From: Gemmatimonadaceae bacterium
Lineage (GTDB): Bacteria > Gemmatimonadota > Gemmatimonadetes > Gemmatimonadales > Gemmatimonadaceae
Length of the DNA stretch: 64,000 bases
Direction: 5' to 3'
NCBI GenBank assembly: GCA_035633115.1
Contig: DASQFN010000031.1
Location: forward strand, 3,624-67,623
Position 1 is the first letter of the stretch. The number at the start of each line of letters is the position of its first letter. Of the stretch, positions 1 through 10,198 are shown in pieces. A program made the position numbers and the translations under genes. Below the pieces are notes generated by a model. The model was not told the origin of the DNA. It worked only from the letters and a program-made list of their open reading frames with translations, and did no database searches.

Positions 1-141
1 CGTCACCACGAAGCGACCGGCTCCGTCCTCGATCCAGTAAAGAGGGTCGCCAGGATTTGCACCGAGACGTCGAGCGACCTCGTTCGGTATCGATGTAACG
101 ATCGAACCGCCCTGCACGCGGGTATTGCTGGTCAGGATCAT
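1..141 (-). CDS. AbrB/MazE/SpoVT-family DNA-binding protein (probable antitoxin), 3' end outside window
   Basis: Manual translation from ATG 141: MILTSNTRVQGGSIVTSIPNEVARRLGANPGDPLYWIEDGAGRFVVT, an AbrB-like pattern; GAAGGAG RBS upstream; not in ORF track. Confidence 0.75.
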   Translation of the reverse strand, partial: MILTSNTRVQGGSIVTSIPNEVARRLGANPGDPLYWIEDGAGRFVVT

Positions 142-166
142 GGCTCCTTCTCAAGTTGGATGATTT

Positions 167-184
167 TGTTACATAAAAGTAACA
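167..184. promoter_or_regulatory. Palindromic operator candidate TGTTAC-N6-GTAACA
   Basis: Perfect 6-bp inverted repeat in AT-rich spacer between divergent TA genes. Confidence 0.55.
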
Positions 185-257
185 CATCCACACCTTGAGG
201 TAAACCCTACGTGGTCAACCGCCCTGCGGCCACGAGGAATGCGGTTATACTAATGGT

Positions 258-494
258 ATGAAAACCGCCGTCTCCCTCCCCGACGCCGTGTTTCGCGCCG
301 CCGACCGCCAGGCGAAGCGATCGCAAAAATCCCGAAGCCAGTTGTATGCAGAAGCGCTGGCCGAGTACCTGAGCCGTCATGCCCCCGACGAGGTTACCGA
401 TGCGATGAACCGTGTCGTCGACCACCTCGATGAGCCGCGCGATCCATTCGTGCTCGCCGCGGCGCGCTCGGTGCTCGAACGCGCCGAATGGTAG
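258..494 (+). CDS. Ribbon-helix-helix (CopG-like) antitoxin
   Basis: MKTAVSLPDAVFRAADRQAKRSQKSRSQLY RHH pattern; overlaps downstream MazF gene. Confidence 0.8.
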   Translation: MKTAVSLPDAVFRAADRQAKRSQKSRSQLYAEALAEYLSRHAPDEVTDAMNRVVDHLDEPRDPFVLAAARSVLERAEW

Positions 495-835
495 AGGTTG
501 CGCAAGGCGAGATCTGGTGGGCGGACCTGCCCGGCCCGACAGGCTCAGCGGCGGGATTTCGGCGACCGGTAGTGGTAGTTCAGGGTAATCCGCTGAACCG
601 CAGCCGGCTCGCGACAGTAGTGTGCGTCCCGCTCACAAGCAACCTGACGTGGGAAGCCGCACCCGGGAACACATTCCTCCCGTCCAGACTGGCGGGCCTC
701 CCGAAGGACTCGGTAGCCAACGCCACTCAACTGTTCGCAGTCGATCGCACCTACCTCGGCAAACGCATTGGAAAGCTGACCCCAAAGCGGCTCGAGCAGA
801 TATTGACGAGCATCGACGTAGTGCTGGGACGGTAG
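488..835 (+). CDS. mazF: MazF/PemK-family endoribonuclease toxin
   Basis: QGEIWWADL...GFRRPVVVVQ...VVCVPLTS...DSVANATQL motifs. Confidence 0.9.
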   Translation: MVEVAQGEIWWADLPGPTGSAAGFRRPVVVVQGNPLNRSRLATVVCVPLTSNLTWEAAPGNTFLPSRLAGLPKDSVANATQLFAVDRTYLGKRIGKLTPKRLEQILTSIDVVLGR

Positions 836-935
836 GCCAGATCCCGCGGCCGATGCCGTCCATCGAATCGGGCGGACAGGTCGTGCCGAACGCGAAGGCA
901 CCGCAATCACTCTCGCCGAGCGACGCGAATCGCGC

Positions 936-1016
936 ATGCTCAGAATCGCATCTGAAGCGCCGCGTATATTGAAGAGGATTCTGAAGCAAGCGCGTATACC
1001 GTTCGTCGGAAGGTGA
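936..1016 (+). pseudogene. hicA: hicA C-terminal remnant
   Basis: Frame reads ...ILKRILKQARIPFVGR*, matching the HicA C-terminal LxxILKQAG motif, immediately upstream of hicB. Confidence 0.5.
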
Positions 1017-1019
1017 CCA

Positions 1020-1241
1020 ATGAGCCGATATCTGGTAATCATCGAAGAATCAGCGACTGGCTATTCCGCTTTTCTGCCGGACTTGCCTGGTTGCATCGCA
1101 ACCGGAGCGACTCGCGAAGAAGTCGAGAATGCGATGCGGGAAGGTGTCGATTTTCATCTCGAAGGCTTACGCGAAGCCGGGGAGCCGCTTCCTCCCCCGC
1201 GTTCTACGGCGGCCTACGTCGAGGTTGCTGCACAGACCTAG
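1020..1241 (+). CDS. hicB: HicB-family antitoxin (short, no DNA-binding domain)
   Basis: YLVIIEESATGYSAFLPDLPGCIATGATREE motif. Confidence 0.9.
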   Translation: MSRYLVIIEESATGYSAFLPDLPGCIATGATREEVENAMREGVDFHLEGLREAGEPLPPPRSTAAYVEVAAQT

Positions 1242-1314
1242 CGCTGCATGACGCGGATTCGAAGTAGGAATCATCCTCCGTCGGGCTGCTCCACGCAGGC
1301 TCGCCATGGCCGGG

Positions 1315-2412
1315 CTACTGCATCGCCGGCGCTTCTATCACATTCGCACCTTTGTACGCGATCGGCACGATCCGGTATCGATAGACCATTCCGTGCTCGC
1401 CGACGACGTATCCCGCGGTTTTCGACGGCAGCGTGAACGCATTGATTGTCGCTGGAAACTTGAGCTGGCGTGTCATCCATCGCTTGCCACCGTCGGACGT
1501 ATGGATGAATGTCCCGTATGGCGAGACGCCCCAGCCGAGTCGCCCGTCTACGAAGCGGAGCTTGGCTGCCTTTCCGCCTTCGAGAACGGCGCCCGCGACA
1601 CCAGTCCACGTCTTTCCGCCGTCGCGGGTCGCGTAGATCTTCCCGCCCCACATTCTGATGAAGCCGTTGTTCTCATCGAGGAACACGACGTACTCGGCGC
1701 TTACGTTCGGCTCGGGGATCGTCGACGTGGTCCACTCAGCCCCGCCGTTGGTTGTCTTCGCGACCACGAACGCAGTCGTGCCGACACCGCGACTCACAGC
1801 GTAGCCGATCTGCGGAGTCGCGAATGATACGCTCTCGAAGTGACAGCTCGAGTTTCGGCTGAGTCCCTGCACAGTCACGCTGACCTGGCACTTGTAGGCA
1901 TTTGTCCAGGTCTTGCCGCCGTCCTTCGTGTGATAGATGTCCTCGCCGTAGAGGTACACGCCATTTTCGGCGGACGTGAACTGGTAATCACCGCGATGCT
2001 GGCCGACTGTCCCTGATTCGGTCCACGTCTCGCCGTCCATGGTGCGATAGAGTCGGTGGTCACCGCTGGCTTTGCCCTGAACGGCGAATACGACTCTGTC
2101 CTTCACGAACCGAAGGTCCACGATCGGCCGGTCCGCTCCTTTCGGGTCTCCGCCGAGCTGGGCTGTCCAAGTCTTTCCGTGATCGCGCGTGAAGAGGATC
2201 GTTCCCGCCGCGCCCGCCGCCCATCCGACCGAGTCGTTCACGAACACCACGTCGTGGAGCTCGAGATCCTGCGGGTAGTTCACCGCCTCGAAGATCGCTT
2301 TGAATTTCGGTTGTGTCGCTGCTGTGCGACTTTTTTGTTGGGCCGCCCCGGAAGCAGAGATAAGGAAAAACCCAACGAAGAGAGAGAGGAGAGTGTGTGG
2401 TGGACGAGTCAT
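1315..2412 (-). CDS. Secreted YCF48/BNR-repeat beta-propeller protein
   Basis: Signal peptide; repeated TxDGGKTW (Asp-box/BNR) motifs. Confidence 0.8.
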   Translation of the reverse strand: MTRPPHTLLSLFVGFFLISASGAAQQKSRTAATQPKFKAIFEAVNYPQDLELHDVVFVNDSVGWAAGAAGTILFTRDHGKTWTAQLGGDPKGADRPIVDLRFVKDRVVFAVQGKASGDHRLYRTMDGETWTESGTVGQHRGDYQFTSAENGVYLYGEDIYHTKDGGKTWTNAYKCQVSVTVQGLSRNSSCHFESVSFATPQIGYAVSRGVGTTAFVVAKTTNGGAEWTTSTIPEPNVSAEYVVFLDENNGFIRMWGGKIYATRDGGKTWTGVAGAVLEGGKAAKLRFVDGRLGWGVSPYGTFIHTSDGGKRWMTRQLKFPATINAFTLPSKTAGYVVGEHGMVYRYRIVPIAYKGANVIEAPAMQ

Positions 2413-2480
2413 GGTTTGGCCTCCAACGGATGCTCGTTTTTGCCGCTGATCCCGCTATGTCCAACTGTTTATAGCACGGA

Positions 2481-2681
2481 CTATCGGGGGCCGGAAGATC
2501 TGGTCTGCGCAGATCTCGAAAGGATGAAAGCCCCTGGCATTGGCGATGTCGATGCCGACGAGCTTCCCGCTTCGTCATGATCGAGAACCACACCGTCGGA
2601 GACTTCGCGGCTCTCAACGCTGGTCTGCCCCGACAGGTCGATGTAAAGCGAGTCCGTATCAGGATAGTAAGTGACTTTCAT
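2481..2681 (-). pseudogene. DUF2283-family protein, frameshifted near 2565
   Basis: MKVTYYPDTDSLYIDLS...VVLDHDEAG; expected continuation KLVGIDIANA lies in another frame. Confidence 0.75.
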
Positions 2682-2704
2682 CGTCGGAACCCGAGTCCGG
2701 CGCG

Positions 2705-3022
2705 CTAGAGCTTCAAGAGAACGTTCAGGATCCGCTCGACTTCCTCGATGCGAGGGTACGTCAGATCCCCACGATAGCGCAGCAGTCGTTCCTTCGAGAC
2801 AGAGCGGACCGCTTCCACCATGATGTAGCTGTCCGACTCCAGACCCGCCTCCCCCTTCGGAACAAGGACGTGCGACGCAATCCGCCGATTGGTACGTGTG
2901 AGCGGGATAGCGATGACGAGCTCCGCCGGGCCCTGGTTGAACTTGTCGACGGAGTTGATCATCGCCGGGCGCGAGCCTTCCTGCTCACGCCCTCTCGTCG
3001 GACTGAACTGAACTTGCCACAC
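2705..3022 (-). CDS. mazF: MazF/PemK-family toxin, orphan, 5' end probably damaged
   Basis: (PSRGE)VWQVQFSPTRGREQEGSRPA...AIPLT...YIMVEAVRSVSKERL; homology extends upstream of the GTG but meets a TGA at 3053-3055. Confidence 0.8.
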   Translation of the reverse strand: MWQVQFSPTRGREQEGSRPAMINSVDKFNQGPAELVIAIPLTRTNRRIASHVLVPKGEAGLESDSYIMVEAVRSVSKERLLRYRGDLTYPRIEEVERILNVLLKL

Positions 3023-3037
3023 CTCGCCTCTTGAAGG

Positions 3038-3328
3038 TTGCTGACTGCGCTCTCATGGTTCCCGGGGACAGTTCTTCAGTCGCTCGGGATTACCCGGTTG
3101 AAAGAGGTGCGTTTTCGCCAAGCGGATGGGACGATATTGTCCCGGTGGACCGGCGCGGCACTCGTCTACGCCGGGGGCACGACCACAAATGACGAAGTTG
3201 TGTTTGGGGAGCCAGACGACCTGATACTTCTCGGCGCCCGATCTCTCGAAGGACTCAACCCGCGCGTCGATCCAGTAACCATGCAGCTGGTCGATGCGGG
3301 GCCAGCACCGGCGCCTGTCGCAGCATAG
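3038..3328 (+). pseudogene. Clan AA (retropepsin-like) aspartyl protease, N-terminally truncated
   Basis: LSWFP...RFRQADG...VVFGEPDDLILLGARSLEGLN C-terminal pattern; the DTG catalytic motif expected just upstream is absent. Confidence 0.65.
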
Positions 3329-3335
3329 ACCGCGG

Positions 3336-4319
3336 TTACGCGCTCACCACTTTGCGCAGAGTGTCGGCGTCCAGATTGCTCCCGGTGAGAATCACACACA
3401 CCGTTTGACCCTCGAGCTCCTCCCTGAGCTTGAATACTCCAGCGAGGCCCACGGCGCCCGCCGGCTCCACGAGATTGTGCGTGCCGCTCAAGATCAATCG
3501 CGTTGCATCGATGATCTCTGCCTCGCTCACGGTGACGAATCCCGCCAGCCCATCGCAGAGAGCGCGGAACGTCATCTCGTACGTCTTCGCCGTCGCGATC
3601 CCGTCGGCGAGCGTTCGCGGCGGAATCGGCGGTGACGGAGCGCCGGCCTTCCACGACTCGTATACTGCGGGAGCACCCGATGCTTGAACGCCGAACACCC
3701 TGACGTTCGGCCGAAGCTCAGACAGAACAGCAAGCGCACCGACCGTCTGTGACCCGCCGCCGACAGCGAAGACCATCGCGTCGAGATCGTCCGCCTGCTC
3801 CAGAATCTCGAGCGTTATCGTGCCCGCACCGGCGACGACGTCGCGGTTGTTCGTCGAGTGCACCAGCGTCAGGCCTTCGTCCCGCGCAATTCGCTCCGAC
3901 TCGGCAGCCGCCTCGTCGTACATCGTGCCGTGTTCGATTAGCCGAGCGCCGAGGGCTGTCATTGCGGCGTTCTTGTCGGGGTTGTTTCCGGCAGGCACGA
4001 CAACAGTCACGGGAATCCCCAGCTCCCTTCCGGCGTAAGCCACGCCCTGCCCATGGTTGCCGGTCGAACCGCACACAACGCCACGCTCGCGCAAACGCGG
4101 CGGCAATGCCGTCATTGCAGACAAGCCGTTTCGAATCTTGAACGCGTTCGTCGGCTGATGATTCTCGTGCTTCACGAGCACGCGGATTCCGTGGCCGACA
4201 GCGGCATCGAGCGCCGGGTAGGAACGGAGCGGCGTTCGATCGATGAATGGCCGAATCCGCTTCTCCGCGGCGCGCACATCATCGAAAGTCACCGGATAAG
4301 TAGAGCTGCTCCGCGGCAT
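3336..4319 (-). CDS. PLP-dependent threonine/serine dehydratase
   Basis: [16 protein letters not shown] (PLP lysine), [15 protein letters not shown] motifs. Confidence 0.9.
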   Translation of the reverse strand: MPRSSSTYPVTFDDVRAAEKRIRPFIDRTPLRSYPALDAAVGHGIRVLVKHENHQPTNAFKIRNGLSAMTALPPRLRERGVVCGSTGNHGQGVAYAGRELGIPVTVVVPAGNNPDKNAAMTALGARLIEHGTMYDEAAAESERIARDEGLTLVHSTNNRDVVAGAGTITLEILEQADDLDAMVFAVGGGSQTVGALAVLSELRPNVRVFGVQASGAPAVYESWKAGAPSPPIPPRTLADGIATAKTYEMTFRALCDGLAGFVTVSEAEIIDATRLILSGTHNLVEPAGAVGLAGVFKLREELEGQTVCVILTGSNLDADTLRKVVSA

Positions 4320-4336
4320 AAGATCTCGATCCAGTG

Positions 4337-4711
4337 TTAGCGCGTTGTTACCTCCTCAAGGATCACTTCAGGGTGGCGTTCAGCGATTTGCAAAAGTCGC
4401 AGCGCTGCCCCGCTCGGCTCGTTTACGCCCTGTTCCCAGGACTTTACCGAGGCTGAGCTAACATTTAGTGCATCTGCAAAGACTGGCTGCGAGAGCTTCA
4501 TCAACTTTCTAAGCCGAGCTATCTGGATCGCCCGATATTTCGGTGCCGGCGTTGCTTTCGCGCGGCGAGCAGTCACAGTTCGGACGGTTGCACCCGTCTT
4601 CTGTCCCGCCTGAAAAGCTATTGCCTCATCGAGTGCTTCAATGATGGCAGCTCCCATCGAGATGCCCGCCGATCGTTTCGTCTTCTTCCTGGTCTTCGTC
4701 GTCTTCTTCAT
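4337..4711 (-). CDS. higA: XRE-family HTH antitoxin (HigA-like)
   Basis: [29 protein letters not shown]...PSGAALRLL; downstream of RelE-like toxin. Confidence 0.8.
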   Translation of the reverse strand: MKKTTKTRKKTKRSAGISMGAAIIEALDEAIAFQAGQKTGATVRTVTARRAKATPAPKYRAIQIARLRKLMKLSQPVFADALNVSSASVKSWEQGVNEPSGAALRLLQIAERHPEVILEEVTTR

Positions 4712-4753
4712 GTTCGTCGCCTCAGTCGTGGAACTGCCCAGTCGTGTTATTTG

Positions 4754-5101
4754 CTACTCCTCCTTAAGTCTCGCAACCATCCCCCGGATTATCTTCTTCT
4801 CCGGCTTCGTGATGTTCTCACGAACGTTCTTAGGGAAAACCCACAGCAAATACACCGTTTCAATGTCCTCCACATACAGGTAGAGGACTCGCGCACCTCC
4901 GCGTTTACCCCGCTGTCCAATGCGCGCCCGAATCTTCCTGACGCCGCCCGTCTCAGCAATAACCGGTGCGCCTTTTGGATTCCCTGCTATGTCTTCCTCC
5001 AAATCCCGCTCATCGTCGTCCGAAAGCAAGCCTCTCACGGTTCGATCAAATGTTTTGAGCCTGACAAAATGGACATCGGTTAGCGAGCCTGGCATGGTCA
5101 T
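4754..5101 (-). CDS. higB: RelE/HigB-family toxin
   Basis: NPKGAPVIAETGGVRKIR...GKRGGARVLYLY...YLLWVFPKN; toxin-first order. Confidence 0.85.
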   Translation of the reverse strand: MTMPGSLTDVHFVRLKTFDRTVRGLLSDDDERDLEEDIAGNPKGAPVIAETGGVRKIRARIGQRGKRGGARVLYLYVEDIETVYLLWVFPKNVRENITKPEKKIIRGMVARLKEE

Positions 5102-5141
5102 ACTATAGTATCGAATAGTATACTATGCAATAGTATACTAC
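5100..5141. promoter_or_regulatory. Triple palindromic operator of higBA
   Basis: ATACTATAGTAT (5100-5111), ATAGTATACTAT (5115-5126) and TAGTATACTA (5131-5140), 15-bp period, over the toxin start. Confidence 0.75.
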
Positions 5142-5279
5142 TGGACTTGCGTGGCGACCCATGATCGTATCCTTGAGCTCGACAAACGTCCGAGGCCACT
5201 GTGTCAGAACGCTCCGCTCGCTTGAACTGATTCTCAGGGGTAGCTTGGTGACCGTTCAAGCCCATCGGATGTTCGACGC

Positions 5280-7691
5280 ATGGAGCTACGCGACCGCCTC
5301 CAATCGACCCTCGGCTCCGCCTATTCCGTCGAACGCGAGCTCGGCGGCGGCGGCATGTCGCGAGTCTTCCTCGCCCGCGAGCTCTCCCTCGGCCGCAATG
5401 TCGTCGTAAAAGTCCTGAGCGGCGACCTCGCCGCGGGGCTCAGCGCCGAGCGCTTTGCAAGAGAAGTCCGGCTGGCTGCATCCCTCCAGCATCCCAACAT
5501 CGTACCAGTCCTCACCACCGGCGTCGCCGACGGCATCCCCTACTACACGATGCCATATGTGCGCGGAGAATCCCTACGGGCGCGAATCAAACAGGGGCCG
5601 ATTCCACCACGCGAGGCATACTCTCTTCTCCGCGACGTCGCACGCGCACTCCAGTACGCGCACAGCGAAGGGGTCATCCACCGCGACATCAAACCCGAAA
5701 ATGTTCTGCTCTCGGGTGACGTCGCCGTTGTCACCGACTTCGGAATTGCAAAGGCAATCTCGGTAGCGCGGACGTCGTCGTCAGGCGATGGCGAACCGCA
5801 AAGCGGACTGACACTCACCCAGGCCGGCTCCTCCATCGGCACGCCGGCGTACATGGCGCCGGAACAGGTGGCGGGCGACACGCTCGATCATCGAGTCGAC
5901 ATCTACGCCTGGGGAATTCTCGCGTACGAGATTCTCGCCGGAGCGCATCCGTTCGCAGACAAGACCTCAGCCGCCCAGCTCATGGCTGCGCATGTGAGCC
6001 AGCCGCCGGTTCCGTTGATCGAGCGCGCTCCTCGCGTTCCGCAGCAGCTCGCGCAGCTCGTGATGCGCTGTCTGGAGAAGATCCCCGACGCGAGGCCATC
6101 ATCCGCCGCCAACCTGCTCGAAGACCTGGATACGGCACAGGGGTCTGGCGAGCAACGGTCGCTCCCTGCCGCACTCCGGCGTCGCTCCGTCACCGCTGCC
6201 GGCGCGCTCTTCCTCGTGATACTCGTCGCGATCGGAGGATACTTCTTCGCCACCCGGGCGCGAAAGCCAGCAGCACCAGCTCAAAGAAGCTCCGTCGCGG
6301 TCCTCCCATTCGCCGCCGGCGATTCTGCGAACGCCTATTTCGGTGAAGGAATAGCGGACGAGCTGACGACCGCCCTCGGGAAGGTCCCTGGCCTGCGCGT
6401 CACCTCGCGCACTTCGGCATTTGCACTCGGCCGAAGACGCGACCTGGACCTACGCGAGATCGCAAGCCGCCTTGGAGTCTCCACGGTTGTCGAAGGAACC
6501 GTCAGACGAGAAGGCGGGCGCCTTCGCGTTACTGCGCAGCTCACGAACGCGACCGATGGGCTCACCTTGTGGAGCGAAGTCTACGATCGCGACTCCAGGG
6601 ACGTCTTCGCCGTTCAGGACGACATCACCAAGGCGATCGTGGCCGCACTTCGGCCCGAATTCGCCGGCGCCGGCGCTGGTGCGTCACTTAGAGCAGGACC
6701 TGGCACATCGAATCCGACCGCATACGACCTCTACCTGCGCGGGCTCTATCTCATCGAGCACCGCGGCGCAGGCGTTCCGCGTGCCGCGGAGTATTTCACG
6801 CAGGCAATCCAGCACGACACCACGTTTGCCCGAGGCTACGCCGCGCTCGCTCAGGCGCTTGTGTTCTTTCCGTATTTTGCCGGTGTCGCGCCGCACCGAG
6901 TCGAGGCACGCGTGCGCGCAGCAGCCGAAAAAAGTCTGGAGCTCGACCCCACGCTCGCGGAGCCGAGGGTGGCGCTGGCCATGTTGCATTGGCATGCGTT
7001 CCGATGGGACGAAGCCGACGCCGAATTTCGAAAAGCAATTGCGGCCGACTCAACGTCGCCGGTCGCGCACACGCAATACGGCCGGTTTCTCGCCAACCTC
7101 GCGGACCTTCCCGGCGCGCTGAGAGAATTCCGTACTGCTCGCGCGCTCGACCCGCTTGCACCAACCGCATCGGTCTGGCTGGCCCATACCCTGTCACTGA
7201 TGGGCGATCACGCAGCTGCCTGGGAAGAAAGCAAGCGCGCAAGAGAGCTCGATCCCAATCTGTTCACGGCCCGCACTCTGCTCGCCTGGGATCGAGCCCG
7301 GACGGGACACCTGGACGAGGCGCGGACGATCCTCGGTGAACCGATTACGGTCTCTTCATTCGTCGGCATGAGTGCGTATGCTCTCCAGCTCGTTGGTGAT
7401 ACCGCCCGCGCTGCAATAGTTCGACGGAAACTCGCGGCCACACCAGATACGACGTATGCGATTCACACAGGAAGGGCTTACGGGTATCTCTCAATCGGGG
7501 ATACCTCGCGGGCGTTGTCGGAGCTCGAGGCCGGTCTCGACCAGGGTGAGCTGGTGCCGCAACACATTCTGTTCGTGGAGCCGGTGCTCGATGGTGTCAG
7601 GCATAGCGCCCGTTTCGCGGCAATCGTGCGGCGAGTCGGACTCGACCCGCGCACGTTCACCGGACCGGTTAAAGGAAGACCGGCGCGCTGA
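5280..7691 (+). CDS. Ser/Thr protein kinase with TM, TolB_N-like and TPR domains
   Basis: GGGGMSRV, VVVK, HRDIKPEN, DFG, APE motifs; hydrophobic segment; SVAVLPF...YFGEGIADEL; TPR tail. Confidence 0.95.
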   Translation: MELRDRLQSTLGSAYSVERELGGGGMSRVFLARELSLGRNVVVKVLSGDLAAGLSAERFAREVRLAASLQHPNIVPVLTTGVADGIPYYTMPYVRGESLRARIKQGPIPPREAYSLLRDVARALQYAHSEGVIHRDIKPENVLLSGDVAVVTDFGIAKAISVARTSSSGDGEPQSGLTLTQAGSSIGTPAYMAPEQVAGDTLDHRVDIYAWGILAYEILAGAHPFADKTSAAQLMAAHVSQPPVPLIERAPRVPQQLAQLVMRCLEKIPDARPSSAANLLEDLDTAQGSGEQRSLPAALRRRSVTAAGALFLVILVAIGGYFFATRARKPAAPAQRSSVAVLPFAAGDSANAYFGEGIADELTTALGKVPGLRVTSRTSAFALGRRRDLDLREIASRLGVSTVVEGTVRREGGRLRVTAQLTNATDGLTLWSEVYDRDSRDVFAVQDDITKAIVAALRPEFAGAGAGASLRAGPGTSNPTAYDLYLRGLYLIEHRGAGVPRAAEYFTQAIQHDTTFARGYAALAQALVFFPYFAGVAPHRVEARVRAAAEKSLELDPTLAEPRVALAMLHWHAFRWDEADAEFRKAIAADSTSPVAHTQYGRFLANLADLPGALREFRTARALDPLAPTASVWLAHTLSLMGDHAAAWEESKRARELDPNLFTARTLLAWDRARTGHLDEARTILGEPITVSSFVGMSAYALQLVGDTARAAIVRRKLAATPDTTYAIHTGRAYGYLSIGDTSRALSELEAGLDQGELVPQHILFVEPVLDGVRHSARFAAIVRRVGLDPRTFTGPVKGRPAR

Positions 7692-7825
7692 ATTAAACTC
7701 GTGGCAGGCAGAGGGCGAACGTGCTTCCCTTACCCGGTTCGCTTGCCACCGACAGATCTCCACCCATTGCATGCGATGTCGCACTTGACGGCAAAATCTC
7801 CCCTACGACTCCCGAGGTGCGGCGC

Positions 7826-10198
7826 TCATCCGCTTTTCAGTCCGACACGCTGCAACAGCCCATCGAACCGGGGATCAGACCGCAATGGATCAAGCCGCGG
7901 CTCGATCTTGAGATAGCGTACTGAGCCCGAGCGCTCAGAAACCGCCCTGTCGAGCCACAGAAATGCGTCGTCCTTTTCTCCCATCGCCGTGTAAACAAGC
8001 GCGATGAAGAACGGGCTGATGGGCTCCTTTGAGTCCAACAGCCCCTTCAGCACGCGTCGAGCTTCGTCAGTCCTTCCGGCCAACGCCTGACTCCGCGCAA
8101 GCGACGCGAGGTAGTTCGGATTTCCCGGCCGCAGCTTGAGCGCCTGCTGGTAGGCAGCCGTCGCTTCGGCCAGCGACCCCTTTTGCTCGTACGCCATTCC
8201 CATTATCCAGTACGAAGTCGCGAACTGGGGCTCGAGGCGAAGCGTCTTCTGCTCCTGTTGAATCGCGCGATCGTACTGGCGCGCCCCGTAATAAGCCATC
8301 CCCATATCCGCGCTCATCCTGGCCGACAACGGGTCGAGCTGCTCCGCACGCTTCATCGCCGCTACGGCCTGATCGACCTTCCCGACGGATGTGAGCGCCA
8401 GCGCGTACCAGTGATATGTCGCCGCCTGCTCAGGGTCGAGCTCCAGCGCGCGCCTGAACTCCGCCTCGGCTTGATCCCATTTCCACTCATGAAGCAGCAC
8501 ATGCGCCAGCGACGTGTGCGCCTCGGCCAGCGTCGAATCGAGCGCAAGGGCGCGCATTGCTGCCGCTCTCGCGCGCGGGTTCGCCTCCTCCGGTGGCAGA
8601 ATTTCGTAATCGAAGAGACTGATATACGCGTCCGCCATTCCTGAATACGCGTCGGCGAACGCAGGGTCGCGGCGGATTGCCTCCTCGAAATACCGGATCG
8701 ATTCCTTGAGGCCATCGGGGGTTCGCTTGTTCCACGCATAACGGCCTCGCAGGTACCGATCGTACGCTTCGAGATCGGAGGTTCCGTGACGCGCCCCCGC
8801 AGCGCGGGCGGACCCCGTGTCGAGCTTGACGCGAAGCGCTCCGACGATTGCACGCGTTATGTCGTCCTGAACACTGAAGACATCGCGCACCTCGCGCTCA
8901 TAGCTGTCGCTCCATCTCACAAGACCGTCGCTGGCGCTGGTGAGCTGAGCGCTCACGCGCAGACGGTTGCCTGCTCTGCGAACCGTTCCTTCGAGAACCG
9001 AGCCGACGTTGAGCGCGCGTCCCACTTCGCGCGCGTCGACCCGCTTACCCTGGAAGGTGAACGCCGAGCTGCGGGCTGCCACTCGAATCGCGGGGATTTT
9101 CGCGAGCGCATTCGTCAGCTCATCAGCCATCCCTTCGGCAAAGTACGCATTCGCGGTATCACCACCGACGTTCTCGAACGGAAGCACCGCCAGAGACTCT
9201 ACTCGGCCCGATACATTCGGCGCCGTCGTTCCACCGCGATTGCGAAGCGCGACGGCCGACGCAATCACGAGGGCAACGACTGCGATGGTGCCGCCAACCA
9301 GCAGGCGATTCCGAGTGAGCACAGGACTCGGCAGCGGGTGCTGTCCTGAGGAGCCAGCCACCGATTCCAGTCGCTCGACAATCTCGCGCGCTGACTGTGG
9401 CCTCTCGTCCGGATTCTTGGCGAGGCATTGCGTGACCAGTGCTGCAAGCGCGTGAGGCACACTCGGCTTCCCCGATTCCACGGGTGCTGGAGTCTCCATC
9501 GCATGCGCGATTGCAAGCTGATGCGACTGCCTGCCGGCGAAGGGAGTTTTTCCCGCGAGCAGCTCGTACGCGAGACAGCCGAACGAGTAGATGTCTGCGC
9601 GCCGGTCAGTCGCGGGATCGCCGAAGGCCTGCTCGGGAGCCATGTACGCCGGTGTGCCGATGCCCACGCCGGCTCTCGTAAGCGTTTCGCCGGAGCCGGC
9701 GGTTTGTGCCGCGCTCACCGCTTTGGCAATGCCGAAGTCCGTCACGACTGCGGCGTCTCCCGAAAGCAGGACATTCTCCGGCTTGATATCGCGGTGGACG
9801 ACGCCCTGATCGTGGGCGTACCATAGGGCGCGGGCCACGTCGCGCAGGATCCGAACGCATTCGGGAACTGAGAGCGGGTCTCCGCTCGTCATGCGCAAGC
9901 GGAGCGACAAGCCCTCCACAAACGGCATCGTGTAGTACGGCAAACCTCCGGCATCGCCTGCTGCGTGGAGGGGTACGATGTTCGGATGTTGAAGATTGGC
10001 GGCAAGACGAATCTCGCGCGCAAAACGCTCCCCGCTGACGCCTGCCGCGAGCTCGGGTGCGAGAACCTTGATGACCACCTTCCGGCCGAGCGCAGTTTCG
10101 ATAGCCACGAAGACGCGTGACATGCCACCGCCGCCGAGCTCGCGCTCCAGCGTGTACGTTGTTCCAAGCGCGGCTTGCAGCTGATCACGCAGGTTCAT
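7826..10198 (-). CDS. Ser/Thr protein kinase with TM, TolB_N-like and TPR domains
   Basis: Same motifs; likely start ATG 10198 (MNLRDQLQAALG), which overlaps the stop of the upstream fragment as TAATG. Confidence 0.95.
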   Translation of the reverse strand: MNLRDQLQAALGTTYTLERELGGGGMSRVFVAIETALGRKVVIKVLAPELAAGVSGERFAREIRLAANLQHPNIVPLHAAGDAGGLPYYTMPFVEGLSLRLRMTSGDPLSVPECVRILRDVARALWYAHDQGVVHRDIKPENVLLSGDAAVVTDFGIAKAVSAAQTAGSGETLTRAGVGIGTPAYMAPEQAFGDPATDRRADIYSFGCLAYELLAGKTPFAGRQSHQLAIAHAMETPAPVESGKPSVPHALAALVTQCLAKNPDERPQSAREIVERLESVAGSSGQHPLPSPVLTRNRLLVGGTIAVVALVIASAVALRNRGGTTAPNVSGRVESLAVLPFENVGGDTANAYFAEGMADELTNALAKIPAIRVAARSSAFTFQGKRVDAREVGRALNVGSVLEGTVRRAGNRLRVSAQLTSASDGLVRWSDSYEREVRDVFSVQDDITRAIVGALRVKLDTGSARAAGARHGTSDLEAYDRYLRGRYAWNKRTPDGLKESIRYFEEAIRRDPAFADAYSGMADAYISLFDYEILPPEEANPRARAAAMRALALDSTLAEAHTSLAHVLLHEWKWDQAEAEFRRALELDPEQAATYHWYALALTSVGKVDQAVAAMKRAEQLDPLSARMSADMGMAYYGARQYDRAIQQEQKTLRLEPQFATSYWIMGMAYEQKGSLAEATAAYQQALKLRPGNPNYLASLARSQALAGRTDEARRVLKGLLDSKEPISPFFIALVYTAMGEKDDAFLWLDRAVSERSGSVRYLKIEPRLDPLRSDPRFDGLLQRVGLKSG

